A stretch of 64,000 bases of DNA. It comes from an uncultured Myxococcales bacterium (GTDB lineage: Bacteria > Myxococcota_A > UBA9042 > CAIXZC01). The stretch lies in assembly GCA_903895725.1 (NCBI GenBank), contig CAITUV010000019.1:36368-100367 (forward strand), written 5' to 3'. This document shows, piece after piece, positions 45,883 through 55,604 of the stretch; the stretch's first letter is position 1; each line of letters begins with the position of its first letter. The notes under the pieces were generated by a model. That model worked only from the letters and a program-made list of their open reading frames with translations, made no database searches and had not been told where the DNA came from. The position numbers were made by a program, and so were the translations under genes.

Positions 45883-48276
45883 TCAGGGCCTGTCGATCCG
45901 GTGGAAGAACGGGCCGTCCAGGCCGGTCACGTGCACCCACGCCCCCCCTCGGCCAGCCCCCGCCAGCCACAGCCCCCCCGGCCAGGTCCGCTCCCCCTCC
46001 CCTGATACCACCACAACGTCGGCTCCCAACATCCCGTTGAGAAGCCCCATCATCTTCGACCGATGGCCGTGATGGGGCGACTTGATCAGGACCAGCCCGG
46101 GCTCCCGCCCCCGCCGCAGCGCCAGAACCGCCTCGGCAGCCCGGAGCCCCAGCTTCCCCTCCACGTCTCCGGCCCAGACCAGCTCCGCCCCGCCGTACTC
46201 CAGCCGCAACACCAGCGATGTATCGTTCTCCGATCGACCGGCAGTCTCTTCGTCCGGCGGCCACGCCACGTCGAACCGCACCCCGCAACGCACAAACCCG
46301 TCGCCCGCCTCAAGCTCGGTCACCTGCGAGCCGCGCCAGCGCCTGGCCAGCCGCAGCACTGTGCTCCTCGCCGTTCCGGTCGGCCCGTGCAGGATCCGGT
46401 CCACTTCCAGCGCCCCGGAAATCCGATCGAGCCCTGCCCAATGGTCATCGTGTGCGTGTGTGAGGATGAACCCGTCCAGTCGGGTCCACCCGTGACGTCG
46501 CAGATAGGGCAGCACCGTGAAGCGCCCCGAACGCTCCGGCCCTCCGTCGACCATCCACACCTCCCCGCAGGGGAGCCGCATCACCGTGGCATCCCCCTCG
46601 CCCACCGGGAGCACGTGGATCTCCAACCCATCGCCCCCCGATGCAAGTGCCGCTCCCGCCAGCCCCACCGCCAGCATCGCCGCCCCCCCCCATCTCTTCC
46701 AGCCAGGAAATCCGACGAGGACCAGCACCCCCGCACCGATGAGGCCGGCCAGCGCCCACCCCGGCCAGGCCGGCGACAGCGGCGGAACGGCCTCCACCCA
46801 CCCCTCCAGCACCCCCTCCAGGAAGAGCAGCGGTACCCGAACCCCGACGGCCGCCGCCTCCCCCAGCACCCCGCCCCACCCCCACGTCACCACGCCCGCA
46901 GCCGCACAGGGCATTACCCAGAGCGTCACCAGCGGTACCGCCACCAGGTTGGCAGCAACCGAGACGAGAGGAATGGTCCCGAAGTGCCACCAGACCAGAG
47001 GGAGAGTCCCCGCCGTGGCCGCGGCCGATACCCGCATCCCCTCCAGGATCCGCCCCGTGAGCCGCCCCGCCCACGCAACGGCTGCCCCTCCAGTCGCCCG
47101 TTGCGCCGCTCCTCCCCCATTCGACCGCTCCGTCCGCCCGGCGGACAGCGCAATGGCAGCCACGGAGGCCGTGCTGAGCTGGAACGAGGCCTCGAACAAC
47201 GCCTCCGGCCTCCACGCCAGCACCACCAGGCCGCTCCCCGCCAGCCAGGTCCACAGGTCATAGTCCCGGTCGCTTACGCGCGCACACGCGTACCCGATCC
47301 ACATGATAAATGCGCGCACGCACGAGACCGGTGCCCCGGTCACGACCAGAAGCATCCCGGCAAACAGGCTCGAGACGAGGGCGGCCGCCCTCGTTCCCCC
47401 TCCCCCCGGTGCGCCCCCCCACCAGCGCACCACCCTCCGCACCACGAAGAACACCATCCCGGCCATCAACCCCAGGTGCAGGCCCGAGACCGCCAGCAGG
47501 TGAGAGACCCCCGTTGCGGAGAACAGGTCACGGTAGTAGCCCGGCATCCCCCCCGAATCCCCCACCAGCAGCGCCCGCACCACCCACGCCTGCTCCACCG
47601 GCAACCCGCTCTCGGTGGCAAAGAGCGCCACCCGCGCCCGCACCGCCTCCCCGGCCCGCTCCACCGCCCACCCGATCCCGGAGGCCTCCCCCGCAGGCAT
47701 CCAGCGCCTCGCCCACGCCCAGCTCCGCCCCGCCGTGTCGCGCCGCAGCTCCACCATCACGTGAGTGCCGGCTCCCACCCCTTCCCATCCACCCGGAGCA
47801 GGCCCCAAGTCGCTTTCCGAGCCCAGCCGCAACCTCGCCTGCGTCCCCGCCACCCGGGTTTCCGCCGTCCGGCGCCCCCCCTCCCTGCTGGCCACCCGCT
47901 CGACGACGGCCGCTCCCCGTTCGTCCCCACTTCCAGTGGATTCCTGTGCCAGCTTCGTTCCTCGAATCCAATTTCCTCCACCTGATCCCCACTCCGGTAC
48001 CACCGCGTCACCCACATACCACCACCCCAACACCACTCCTGCACCAATCCAGGCAAGACCAAGCAGGTGGGTGGGGCAGCGTGCCGCTCCCACGGCGATT
48101 CCCGCCATGGCCATCGCAGCAGCGACCCCCGCCAGCCCCCACTCGCCCCCATGAGCCAGCCCGGCCACGAGAACGCCGGCGAACAGGTAGACCAGTCTGC
48201 GCACCCCGCCCCTCCTCCCGATATCCGTCTCCCCCGCACAAGTTATCGTCACGACTTCCCGTTTCGCGCGGGGCAA
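45883..48276 (-). CDS. comEC: DNA internalization-related competence protein ComEC/Rec2 with a C-terminal metallo-beta-lactamase domain.
   Basis: Polytopic membrane domain containing SATGVSHLLAVSGLHLGLM, and a C-terminal HxHxDH (FILTHAHDDHWAGL) MBL motif. Confidence 0.8.
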   Translation of the reverse strand: MPRAKREVVTITCAGETDIGRRGGVRRLVYLFAGVLVAGLAHGGEWGLAGVAAAMAMAGIAVGAARCPTHLLGLAWIGAGVVLGWWYVGDAVVPEWGSGGGNWIRGTKLAQESTGSGDERGAAVVERVASREGGRRTAETRVAGTQARLRLGSESDLGPAPGGWEGVGAGTHVMVELRRDTAGRSWAWARRWMPAGEASGIGWAVERAGEAVRARVALFATESGLPVEQAWVVRALLVGDSGGMPGYYRDLFSATGVSHLLAVSGLHLGLMAGMVFFVVRRVVRWWGGAPGGGGTRAAALVSSLFAGMLLVVTGAPVSCVRAFIMWIGYACARVSDRDYDLWTWLAGSGLVVLAWRPEALFEASFQLSTASVAAIALSAGRTERSNGGGAAQRATGGAAVAWAGRLTGRILEGMRVSAAATAGTLPLVWWHFGTIPLVSVAANLVAVPLVTLWVMPCAAAGVVTWGWGGVLGEAAAVGVRVPLLFLEGVLEGWVEAVPPLSPAWPGWALAGLIGAGVLVLVGFPGWKRWGGAAMLAVGLAGAALASGGDGLEIHVLPVGEGDATVMRLPCGEVWMVDGGPERSGRFTVLPYLRRHGWTRLDGFILTHAHDDHWAGLDRISGALEVDRILHGPTGTARSTVLRLARRWRGSQVTELEAGDGFVRCGVRFDVAWPPDEETAGRSENDTSLVLRLEYGGAELVWAGDVEGKLGLRAAEAVLALRRGREPGLVLIKSPHHGHRSKMMGLLNGMLGADVVVVSGEGERTWPGGLWLAGAGRGGAWVHVTGLDGPFFHRIDRP

Positions 48277-48342
48277 TCCGGTCCAGTCGCTTCTTTCCTT
48301 TGCCGCAGCGTTCCCCTAATATGAGGGCTCCAGGAGGGCCCC

Positions 48343-50496
48343 ATGGTTCTCGTGCGATTCGACCAGCACGACACACTGCTCGACGACCTTTCCATCCACT
48401 TCCACCAGTGCCGGCTTGCCGCTCGGATCCGCCGCATCGGCGTCTCGCTGGAGGCCGGCAGGAGGCTGGATGCGTGGCTTCCGGCCCCCGCATGGAAGGC
48501 CGAGTCGGATCGAGCCGGACCCTACTTTTCTGCCCGGATTGCCCGTGTCGGCTTTGCAGTGCGTCCTCACACCCTCGGAGGAGGACGCCATCTCCAGCTC
48601 GATCTCCTCGCGTCCAGCGACAACCCGGGCCCGGTCAGGCTCCTCCACCACCGAATCGAGCTCGAAGTCGCCCTGCCCGACGGCCCGGACCTGAAGCCGG
48701 ACGAGGTGCGCTGGTTTCGCAACGGCTGGCAGTCGTGGAGCTTTGCCGGCACGCTTCAGCCCGGTGTCACCCCGATGCCCCAACCCCGCGTCGAGTGGAT
48801 CCGGGCCATCAAGGAAGACCCCCTCGTCCCGGCCCGGTCGGCACCGTTCGTCTCCGACATGGTCGCATCCCTTCGCCTCCGGGACGAGGCCCTGGCCGTC
48901 GGCGCCGCAAACCAGCGCTACTTTCAGAGAATCCGCCTCGACTCCAACGTCCGCCCCATGCTCCTGACCCTGGAGATCGATCTCGATCGGCAACCGATGC
49001 ATCCGGGACAGACGCTGGCGTTGGGCTCCTGGCAGCTCGAGGGGGAGCACACCGCATCCTACCTGGTCCGTGAGTGGGCATCCCGCCAGGCCGCCACCGC
49101 GCAACCGGCGGGCCAGGCCGCATCCCCCGCACACGCAGACAGTGCGGCCCACTCGACCCCCGCTGCATCGGCTGGCCCGACCGACTTTGCCGGTGCACCC
49201 GTCCCGCGTGGAGGCCTTCGCTCATCCCGCCCCCTGGCCGGCTGGTGCTCCTGGTACGACCGCAAGCGGAGGATCACGCATTCCTACATCGGCCGCACCG
49301 TGGAGCGCCTGCGCAGCACTCCCGAGCTGTCAGGCCTGTCGACCGTCGTCATCGACGACGGCTACCAGTCCCGCGTCGGGGACTGGCTCGTTCCCCGCCC
49401 GGGCTACGGGGGCTCGGTCCTCGACACGGCTCGCCTGATTCGGGATGCGGGCCTTGCACCGGGTATCTGGGTGGCCCCGTTCGTCGCTCAGGCCGGGTCC
49501 GAGCTGGTCGAACGTCACCCCGAATGGGTGGCGACCCGAAACGGCCGCCCATACGGGCTGGGCTTCAACCCCCACTGGCGCTCCACGTTCTACGCACTCG
49601 ACATCCGGAACCTTGACCTTCTCGCTCACCTGGCCTCGGTCTTTGCCGAGCTGCGGGCCGCCGGCTTCTGGCTGTTCAAGCTCGACTACCTTTACCCCGC
49701 TGCACTGCCGCTCGACCGGGGACCGGACGGCTCGGGCCGCTTCGAGGCCTTCCGGAACGCAGTCGCCCACCTGCGCAAGGCAGCCGGAAACGACTCCTAC
49801 TTCCTCGGCTGCGGCTGCCCGCTGGCCCCCTCTGCCGGCCTCTTCGATGCCATCCGTGTGTCCACGGACATCGACTACTGCTGGAAGACACCGACCCTGC
49901 TTCATGCCGTGACCGGAGACGAGGAGATGGTGGGCATCTTCCCCGCCGCCCGGAACACGATGGTTCGAAGACTTTTCGGCCCGAGCCTCTGGCGGGTGGA
50001 CCCCGACTGCGTACTGCTGTCTTCCGGCAAGGGGACCGCCACGGCCGCCGAGAAGCTCCTCTTCGCCCGCCTGGCGGCCCTGTCGGGAGACGTGTTCCTG
50101 GTCGGTGATGACCTCACCCGCTGGGGACCGGCCGACCTGGCCGCCTTCTCCGAGCTCTTTGCCGGGCTCGGGCATGAGCTGGTGCCGCTGGACGCGGCGG
50201 ACCGTGTCGACCCGACCTGGGCATTCGTCTCCGGCCCCGGCGGTCCCGCCGTGGCTGCCTTCAACATGGGCGACCGCAAGGAGATGGCCTCGGTCCAGCT
50301 CGCCCACCTGCGTTCCCTCCTGCCCGGCGTGTCGGCCGTGTCCACCGCTGCCCCCGTCGTAGCGAAGCTCGACAGGGACCGGATCGACGTCTCCCCGGTT
50401 GAAAGCCGGGCCGCAATCGTGGTAGACCTCCGCCCCTCGGGATCTCACTCCGATGCGAGTGTCGCCCGGGAAGTCCGGAGGGAAGACGAACGATGA
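48343..50496 (+). CDS. Glycoside hydrolase family 36-like alpha-galactosidase.
   Basis: GWCSWYD ... VIDDGYQ ... FKLDYLY ... GCGCP motifs typical of GH27/GH36 (alpha/beta)8 catalytic domains. 717 aa. Confidence 0.6.
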   Translation: MVLVRFDQHDTLLDDLSIHFHQCRLAARIRRIGVSLEAGRRLDAWLPAPAWKAESDRAGPYFSARIARVGFAVRPHTLGGGRHLQLDLLASSDNPGPVRLLHHRIELEVALPDGPDLKPDEVRWFRNGWQSWSFAGTLQPGVTPMPQPRVEWIRAIKEDPLVPARSAPFVSDMVASLRLRDEALAVGAANQRYFQRIRLDSNVRPMLLTLEIDLDRQPMHPGQTLALGSWQLEGEHTASYLVREWASRQAATAQPAGQAASPAHADSAAHSTPAASAGPTDFAGAPVPRGGLRSSRPLAGWCSWYDRKRRITHSYIGRTVERLRSTPELSGLSTVVIDDGYQSRVGDWLVPRPGYGGSVLDTARLIRDAGLAPGIWVAPFVAQAGSELVERHPEWVATRNGRPYGLGFNPHWRSTFYALDIRNLDLLAHLASVFAELRAAGFWLFKLDYLYPAALPLDRGPDGSGRFEAFRNAVAHLRKAAGNDSYFLGCGCPLAPSAGLFDAIRVSTDIDYCWKTPTLLHAVTGDEEMVGIFPAARNTMVRRLFGPSLWRVDPDCVLLSSGKGTATAAEKLLFARLAALSGDVFLVGDDLTRWGPADLAAFSELFAGLGHELVPLDAADRVDPTWAFVSGPGGPAVAAFNMGDRKEMASVQLAHLRSLLPGVSAVSTAAPVVAKLDRDRIDVSPVESRAAIVVDLRPSGSHSDASVAREVRREDER

Positions 50497-51473
50497 AAGC
50501 GATCCGCCTCGAAGCCAGGCCGAGGAAGAACCAGACTCCCGCATCCGACGGCCTCCCGGTTGTCGCCTGCCTCGAGGATGCGCCCGTTCCAGAGCCGGGA
50601 CCGGGAGAAGTGCTCCTCCGCCTGCGGGCAACGGCCCTGGGGGCCACCGAGCAGGCGGTCCTGTCCGGGCTCCTGCCCCTGGGCGTTGCTCCGGGAAGCG
50701 AGTTCACTGCGGACGTAGTCCAGGATCGGGAAGGGGAGCTGGTCGGCGCTCGGGTCGCTCCGCTCCCGTCCGTTCCGTGTGGAGCTTGCGGGCCCTGCCT
50801 GGCGGGCAATGCGACCCTTTGCCCTGTGCGGCTCATCCCCGGCCGCTCGGCCCGCTACGGTTGTCTGGCCGAGTACTTCCTCTTCCCCAGAAGGGGGCTG
50901 TTCCGGCTGCCCCACGGTCTTCGCGACTTCGACGCCATCTCCCTGTTGCCGCTGGCGTCCGCTCTCAACCTGCCCCGCAAAATCTCCCTGCCCGGCCGGG
51001 TCCTGGTGGTATCGGCCGGAGGGTTGGGGCTGGTGGTGGCCGCTTCGCTGCGCGGCCTCAGGCAGCTACTCTTCCTGGCCATGCCCAACGAGGATGCCAT
51101 CGAGTCGGTTCGCAAGTTCTCCCTTCACCGGGATCCGGGCGGACGCTTCCCGCTGGTGGTTGCGGCTTGCGACGGCCCCGGCGTGCTGGCCCGGGCCCTG
51201 GACCGGGTTGCCCCGCAGGGTACGCTGGCGGTCCTCGGAATGCCGGATTCTCCCAGTCCCGTGCTGCCCCTCGTGCATCGTGAGCTGACGGTGATCGGAA
51301 TCGGGGAGGGGGAGGTCACGGCCGCAATCAAGTGCATGGAGGAGAGGGAGGTGTGCGAGATCCTGTCCCGAGCCCGGCCCACGATCTTCCCGTTTGCCCA
51401 GGCGGACCGGGCACTGGCACACGCTGCGGACCCGAGCAACCTTCGAGTGATCGTCGACAACCTGGATCAGTGA
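50493..51473 (+). CDS. Medium-chain dehydrogenase/reductase (Zn-dependent alcohol dehydrogenase/quinone oxidoreductase family).
   Basis: GroES-like N-terminal fold with Cys ligands (CGACGPC) and a Rossmann-like VLVVSAGGLGLVVAA segment. 4-nt overlap with the upstream gene. Confidence 0.65.
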   Translation: MKAIRLEARPRKNQTPASDGLPVVACLEDAPVPEPGPGEVLLRLRATALGATEQAVLSGLLPLGVAPGSEFTADVVQDREGELVGARVAPLPSVPCGACGPCLAGNATLCPVRLIPGRSARYGCLAEYFLFPRRGLFRLPHGLRDFDAISLLPLASALNLPRKISLPGRVLVVSAGGLGLVVAASLRGLRQLLFLAMPNEDAIESVRKFSLHRDPGGRFPLVVAACDGPGVLARALDRVAPQGTLAVLGMPDSPSPVLPLVHRELTVIGIGEGEVTAAIKCMEEREVCEILSRARPTIFPFAQADRALAHAADPSNLRVIVDNLDQ

Positions 51474-51483
51474 ACCGCCCCGC

Positions 51484-51642
51484 TTACTCCTTCTTCTTCT
51501 CTTCGCGCTCCAGGCGCTTGTGAGCCTCGCCCGCGTTGTCCCGGATCTGCCCTTCGTCCGGGTACACGTCTTCGTTGGTCGTCGCGCAGGCCCCGCCCCA
51601 GAACGACAAGAGCCCCAGCACCAGCAGTAGCCACCGTTTCAT
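51484..51642 (-). CDS. Small lipoprotein, 52 aa, with a charged EREEKKKE tail.
   Basis: MKRWLLLVLGLLSFWGGACATTNEDVYPDEGQIRDNAGEAHKRLEREEKKKE. AGGAGG RBS upstream. ATGA overlap with the upstream lipoprotein gene. It is the C-terminal part of track ORF 51484..52131. Confidence 0.5.
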   Translation of the reverse strand: MKRWLLLVLGLLSFWGGACATTNEDVYPDEGQIRDNAGEAHKRLEREEKKKE

Positions 51643-52658
51643 TCCCTCGCCTCCTTGCCCTGGAAGTCTCCCAGCACGTTGTCCCGGATCTTCGAAACGA
51701 GCGGGATCGCCGCCCGCTGCTTCACTTCCTGGAGCGCCTTGAGCCTGGCCGTCTCTGCGGACGGATGGCTGACCCGCTCCATCTGGTCCACGGCAGCCAC
51801 GGTCTCCTCGCCGGAACGAGCCTCCAGGGTCACGTGGTAGACCACCTTGGGCATCTCCCCACCGGACTCCTCCTGGATCTCCAGCGAACCGGATACCCGG
51901 ATCGTCCCCTGAACCCCGTCGCCGGCCACCGCCATCCCCTCGGCCAGCAACGCGGCCCGCACGGGGGCGGCCAGCTCGTCGCCCATTCCGTCCACGGAGA
52001 TGAGGAAGTGCGATACCAGCAGAGAGCGAAGCTCCGCCAGCGCCTCCACACGCTCCGACGGGTCGGCCAGTCCCCCCACGCCCAGCAGCGACAGCTGCTT
52101 CATCAGGCGGGCTCGGTCCCCCATCAACCACAGGGCCCGCGCTAACGCCTTGACCCTGGCTCCGACATCCCCGGCCGGCTCGTCCAGCCTCTCCGCAATC
52201 TCCATCTCGACCTCGGAGAGCCTCTCCTGGAGCCGCCTCTGCAAGGCCACCTTGTCCAGCACGGCCAACGAGTAGTGCAGCCCTCCCCGGACCGCCCGGT
52301 CCCGGATCTCCACCCCTTCAAGCTCGGCCTTGGACCGCACTCTCGTGAAGTACTTCAAATCAAAGTCGTGCTCCACCAGGGCCGCATCTCCCTCTCCAAT
52401 CTGGGAGTACTTCTCCTCCTCCAGCGTCGTGTTCTCCACCGCGGCCTGAAAGAACTTGGCCACCTCCCCCCGGGCCCGGTCGTCTGCAGTCGTCAGGGTG
52501 TCCCCCCAACCGATACCCAGCACGTAGCGCCCCCGCGGATACTTCGGATGCTGCCCCGTGTCCATCCAGTCCACGACCTCCGCACCGCTGCAACCGGCAG
52601 CCATTGCCAGGACCATCCAGACAGAGAAAGCTCCAAGCCAGCCCAGCTCGCGTTTCAT
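51639..52658 (-). CDS. Hypothetical lipoprotein, 339 aa.
   Basis: Signal MKRELGWLGAFSVWMVLAMAAGCSG. Member of the lipoprotein cluster spanning 51484-55463. Confidence 0.55.
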   Translation of the reverse strand: MKRELGWLGAFSVWMVLAMAAGCSGAEVVDWMDTGQHPKYPRGRYVLGIGWGDTLTTADDRARGEVAKFFQAAVENTTLEEEKYSQIGEGDAALVEHDFDLKYFTRVRSKAELEGVEIRDRAVRGGLHYSLAVLDKVALQRRLQERLSEVEMEIAERLDEPAGDVGARVKALARALWLMGDRARLMKQLSLLGVGGLADPSERVEALAELRSLLVSHFLISVDGMGDELAAPVRAALLAEGMAVAGDGVQGTIRVSGSLEIQEESGGEMPKVVYHVTLEARSGEETVAAVDQMERVSHPSAETARLKALQEVKQRAAIPLVSKIRDNVLGDFQGKEARE

Positions 52659-52725
52659 CGGCCCCCTCAAAAACGCAGTCCCGTCATCCAGCGCTCCTCC
52701 CGAATCTCCGCCCTTCCGGAGCGAA

Positions 52726-52746
52726 CCATCGACCATCGACCATCGA
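52726..52746. repeat. Heptanucleotide tandem repeat (CCATCGA)x3 plus a partial copy.
   Basis: Lies 68-88 nt upstream of the lipoprotein start codon (52658). A further partial copy, catcgaccatcg, lies about 40 nt further on. Confidence 0.7.
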
Positions 52747-52819
52747 CCAAAGCCTGCCCCGAGCAGTGTCGAGGGGAGCATCGACCATCGCACAGGGCCG
52801 GCGGTCGACACGAGCCGGC

Positions 52820-54166
52820 TCAATAGCAGCCGGCAACGAGCCAGGTCCGGGTCCCGTCCCCGACCCTCACGTCCTGCAACTCCTGCCCGGCGCAGCCGGT
52901 TCCGCCGGTGTGGGACACCCGAACGGAATAGGCCCCCGCAGGGCACAGCAGGCGGGTCATGTGGACTTCGGCAGGCAGAGTCCACCACCCTCGGATGTCC
53001 GCTGCCTCCACCGCCGACATGGCGGCATTGGCCATCGCCTGCACCAGCAGCCCCACGGCCGCCTGCCCGGACATCTGCTCGCCGACGACCCCTGCCGCCC
53101 GGGCACTCACGAACTTCAGAACGGCCCTGCCGACCACGCGGCTCCACACGCGGGCCATCCGATCCTCCAGGTTCACCTGGGCAATCCGGGAGACGTTCTC
53201 CACCGGAACCCCCCAGCCGCCTCCGCACCCCTCCACCTCGACGAATGCCCTGGCTGCAGCAACCGGTGGCTGCTCGAACACGGGGAACGCGACCGTGACC
53301 TGAGTCCCCAACGCCATCCCCTTGGCTGCAGACAGCGCCCTCTGCACCCGCTTCTCGTCCTCCCCCTGAACGTTCGTCTGCTGCACGAGCACCAGCCCGT
53401 GCCCCAGGCTCACCTCGATCACCTCCTCCCGCTTCCTCGGCCCTGGACCGATGTAATGGAGGACGATGATCTCTCCGCTTCCGGCCCCAGCCACCATCGG
53501 CCTCATCGACCGGACCCGCTCCAGGTCCCTCAGAAGGGATGCCGGTGCCCTCACGCCGAGCTCCCCTTCCTGGTCGTCGTACAGCGCTGCGGCCCGCTCC
53601 AGCGCGATTCGAGCATCGTCCAGGTCCCCGGCCTGCTCGAAGAGCAGCCCCGAAACGTATAACGCCAAGGGATCCGCCCGGTACCGCCCCTCCCCCTCAC
53701 GGGCGTAGGTGTCGAACTTCACACTGACCCGCCGGACCTCGACCAGCGCCTCCTCCACCTCCCCTCGAACCGCAAAGTTCATGGCATTGAAGACGTTGAC
53801 CAGGACCCGCTCGAACTGTTCACCCGCATAAGGCATCGTCATGTCATTGGTGAACAGCGAGGCCGCTTCGTTGCCGAGGCTTCGGGTGTAGAGATCCTCC
53901 CCCAGCGCCTCAGCCTGCTCGAACTGCGCCGCACTGCCCCCGAAGTCCCCTGCCAGTTGAAGCGCCATCCCCAGGTCCATGTGATAGAGCAGCCGATTCC
54001 GATCCCCGTAGACCCTCTTTCCTGCCTCCTGGACCAGCTCGGAGGCCTTCGAGGCCTCCCCCGACGACAGGGCACGATCCACCCGGAGGTAGTGGTCCCG
54101 GTCGATCTCGCCGCCACACCCGCCGGCCAGCAACGACATCACCAGCCCTATGATCCAGTTCCGCAT
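52820..54166 (-). CDS. Hypothetical lipoprotein, 448 aa, possibly COG3014-like.
   Basis: Signal MRNWIIGLVMSLLAGGCGG at the internal ATG 54166. Co-oriented with the lpoB-like and LPP20-like genes. Confidence 0.5.
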   Translation of the reverse strand: MRNWIIGLVMSLLAGGCGGEIDRDHYLRVDRALSSGEASKASELVQEAGKRVYGDRNRLLYHMDLGMALQLAGDFGGSAAQFEQAEALGEDLYTRSLGNEAASLFTNDMTMPYAGEQFERVLVNVFNAMNFAVRGEVEEALVEVRRVSVKFDTYAREGEGRYRADPLALYVSGLLFEQAGDLDDARIALERAAALYDDQEGELGVRAPASLLRDLERVRSMRPMVAGAGSGEIIVLHYIGPGPRKREEVIEVSLGHGLVLVQQTNVQGEDEKRVQRALSAAKGMALGTQVTVAFPVFEQPPVAAARAFVEVEGCGGGWGVPVENVSRIAQVNLEDRMARVWSRVVGRAVLKFVSARAAGVVGEQMSGQAAVGLLVQAMANAAMSAVEAADIRGWWTLPAEVHMTRLLCPAGAYSVRVSHTGGTGCAGQELQDVRVGDGTRTWLVAGCY

Positions 54167-54298
54167 TCGACCCGCTGCATGTGCCCCGACTGCCCTGCGG
54201 CATCGGCCGGCGCCCTCAGGGCCCCAAGACATCTGCCGGCGCCCTGATGGCCCCTCCCGCGTGGTCGGGGCTGTGGGGGCCGGGCCCGTGCCCCGGCT

Positions 54299-54901
54299 CT
54301 AATCCCACTCCCCGCGTTCGACCACCTTCTTGATCTTCTTCTGGCCGATCCATTCTTTCACGCCGGTTTCCACGTTGATCAACTCGAGCTCCACCTGGTA
54401 GAAAAGCAGCGTGATGCCCCCGGCCTGGTCCACGATGGAGTTGATCTGACCGAGCAGCAGGAAGTCGGCACCAAGCTCCCGCCCCATCGCCTTCTGCGTC
54501 TCCAGCGAGGCGGCCTCCGCCTGGTACAGCTTCTCCGCCTTGAGCTGCTCCCGCTGCCCGAACGATGCCAGGAAGCTCACCTCCCCCGAGTTCACCAGCT
54601 CCCGCTCGAGATCCTTGACGAAGGTATCCGTGGGGATGTGCTCGTGGCTCTTGTTGGCCACCCGACCCACCACGATTCGAGGCCTCTTGTTCCCGCCTTC
54701 ACTCCACTCGTCCAGCCAGGGCCTCGACAGAAGATCCTGGACCATCTCCTGCGAAACGGCCCTGGAATCGACGTCGTTCCACCGGCCCGACAGGTCGATC
54801 TCTTCATCCACGGCGGTCCTGTGAACCACCGGCCCGGAGGGACCGTTGTAGCAGGCAACGACGAGGAGACCGAGGACGGGCAACACCCATGCCGTTCTCA
54901 T
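54299..54901 (-). CDS. LpoB-like (COG3417) lipoprotein.
   Basis: Lipobox LLVVACYN. SGRWNDVDSRAVSQEMVQDLL...PRIVVGRVANKSHEHIPTDTF...LGADFLLLGQINSIV...ELELINVETGVKEW parallels the E. coli LpoB C-terminal domain pattern. Confidence 0.6.
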   Translation of the reverse strand: MRTAWVLPVLGLLVVACYNGPSGPVVHRTAVDEEIDLSGRWNDVDSRAVSQEMVQDLLSRPWLDEWSEGGNKRPRIVVGRVANKSHEHIPTDTFVKDLERELVNSGEVSFLASFGQREQLKAEKLYQAEAASLETQKAMGRELGADFLLLGQINSIVDQAGGITLLFYQVELELINVETGVKEWIGQKKIKKVVERGEWD

Positions 54902-54911
54902 CCTCGCCCCC

Positions 54912-55463
54912 CTACTTCTGCTCCTCGGCCGACAGCCGGTCGAACGCCTTGTCCGCGTTGGCCCGCACGAAGTCGCGGGTCTTGGCGTCGAGCTCCTTCA
55001 TCTTCTCGAGAGCACCGCCGAACTCAGCCAGGTCCAGCCGCGCAAGGGCATACACGGTCCCATCCGACGGGTCCTGCCAGTGGTCGACGACCATCACGCC
55101 CGACAGCGTGATCTTCGAGAACGTCTTGATCGCCTGGTCCACGTGCTGCTCCTCGGCCGAGGCCGTCATGTCGCCGGCCGTCGTCGAGGCCATGTAGTCC
55201 CGCATGAGCGAGGCTGAATAGGTCCGGAAGATCTTGCCCAGGTCCGCTCGGGCTCGGTTCTCCGCTGTCGACCGGGCAAGGGCCTTGTTGCCGATCCCGT
55301 TGACCATCCCGACGCCGAAGAAAATCTTCTTGCCGTCTTCCTCGAACGCGCCGCTTCCTCGGACGACCCACTTGGGCTCCCCGCTCTCCCCGTAGTACTC
55401 CCCCTCGCCGCTGCAGGCCATCATCAGCAGTCCCAGTCCCAAGCACAGCGCCACATGCCTCAT
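54912..55463 (-). CDS. LPP20/FlgP-family-like lipoprotein.
   Basis: Signal MRHVALCLGLGLLMMACSG with GGGAGGAAGG RBS. Size, architecture and a G.G.....G...ALAR..AE..ARA.L motif are consistent with PF02169-type lipoproteins. Confidence 0.45.
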   Translation of the reverse strand: MRHVALCLGLGLLMMACSGEGEYYGESGEPKWVVRGSGAFEEDGKKIFFGVGMVNGIGNKALARSTAENRARADLGKIFRTYSASLMRDYMASTTAGDMTASAEEQHVDQAIKTFSKITLSGVMVVDHWQDPSDGTVYALARLDLAEFGGALEKMKELDAKTRDFVRANADKAFDRLSAEEQK

Positions 55464-55604
55464 GTTCCTTCCTCCCTTTGAGTTCCCCGTTTCCGCCCGG
55501 GTTGCCCCGGGGCTATCGTCGCCAAAGCGGCCCCTATACGAGCCCGACATCTCCTCTATTCAAACAACCTCCCCAGCCCCGAGCCCCCCCTCCGGTCCCC
55601 GCCA

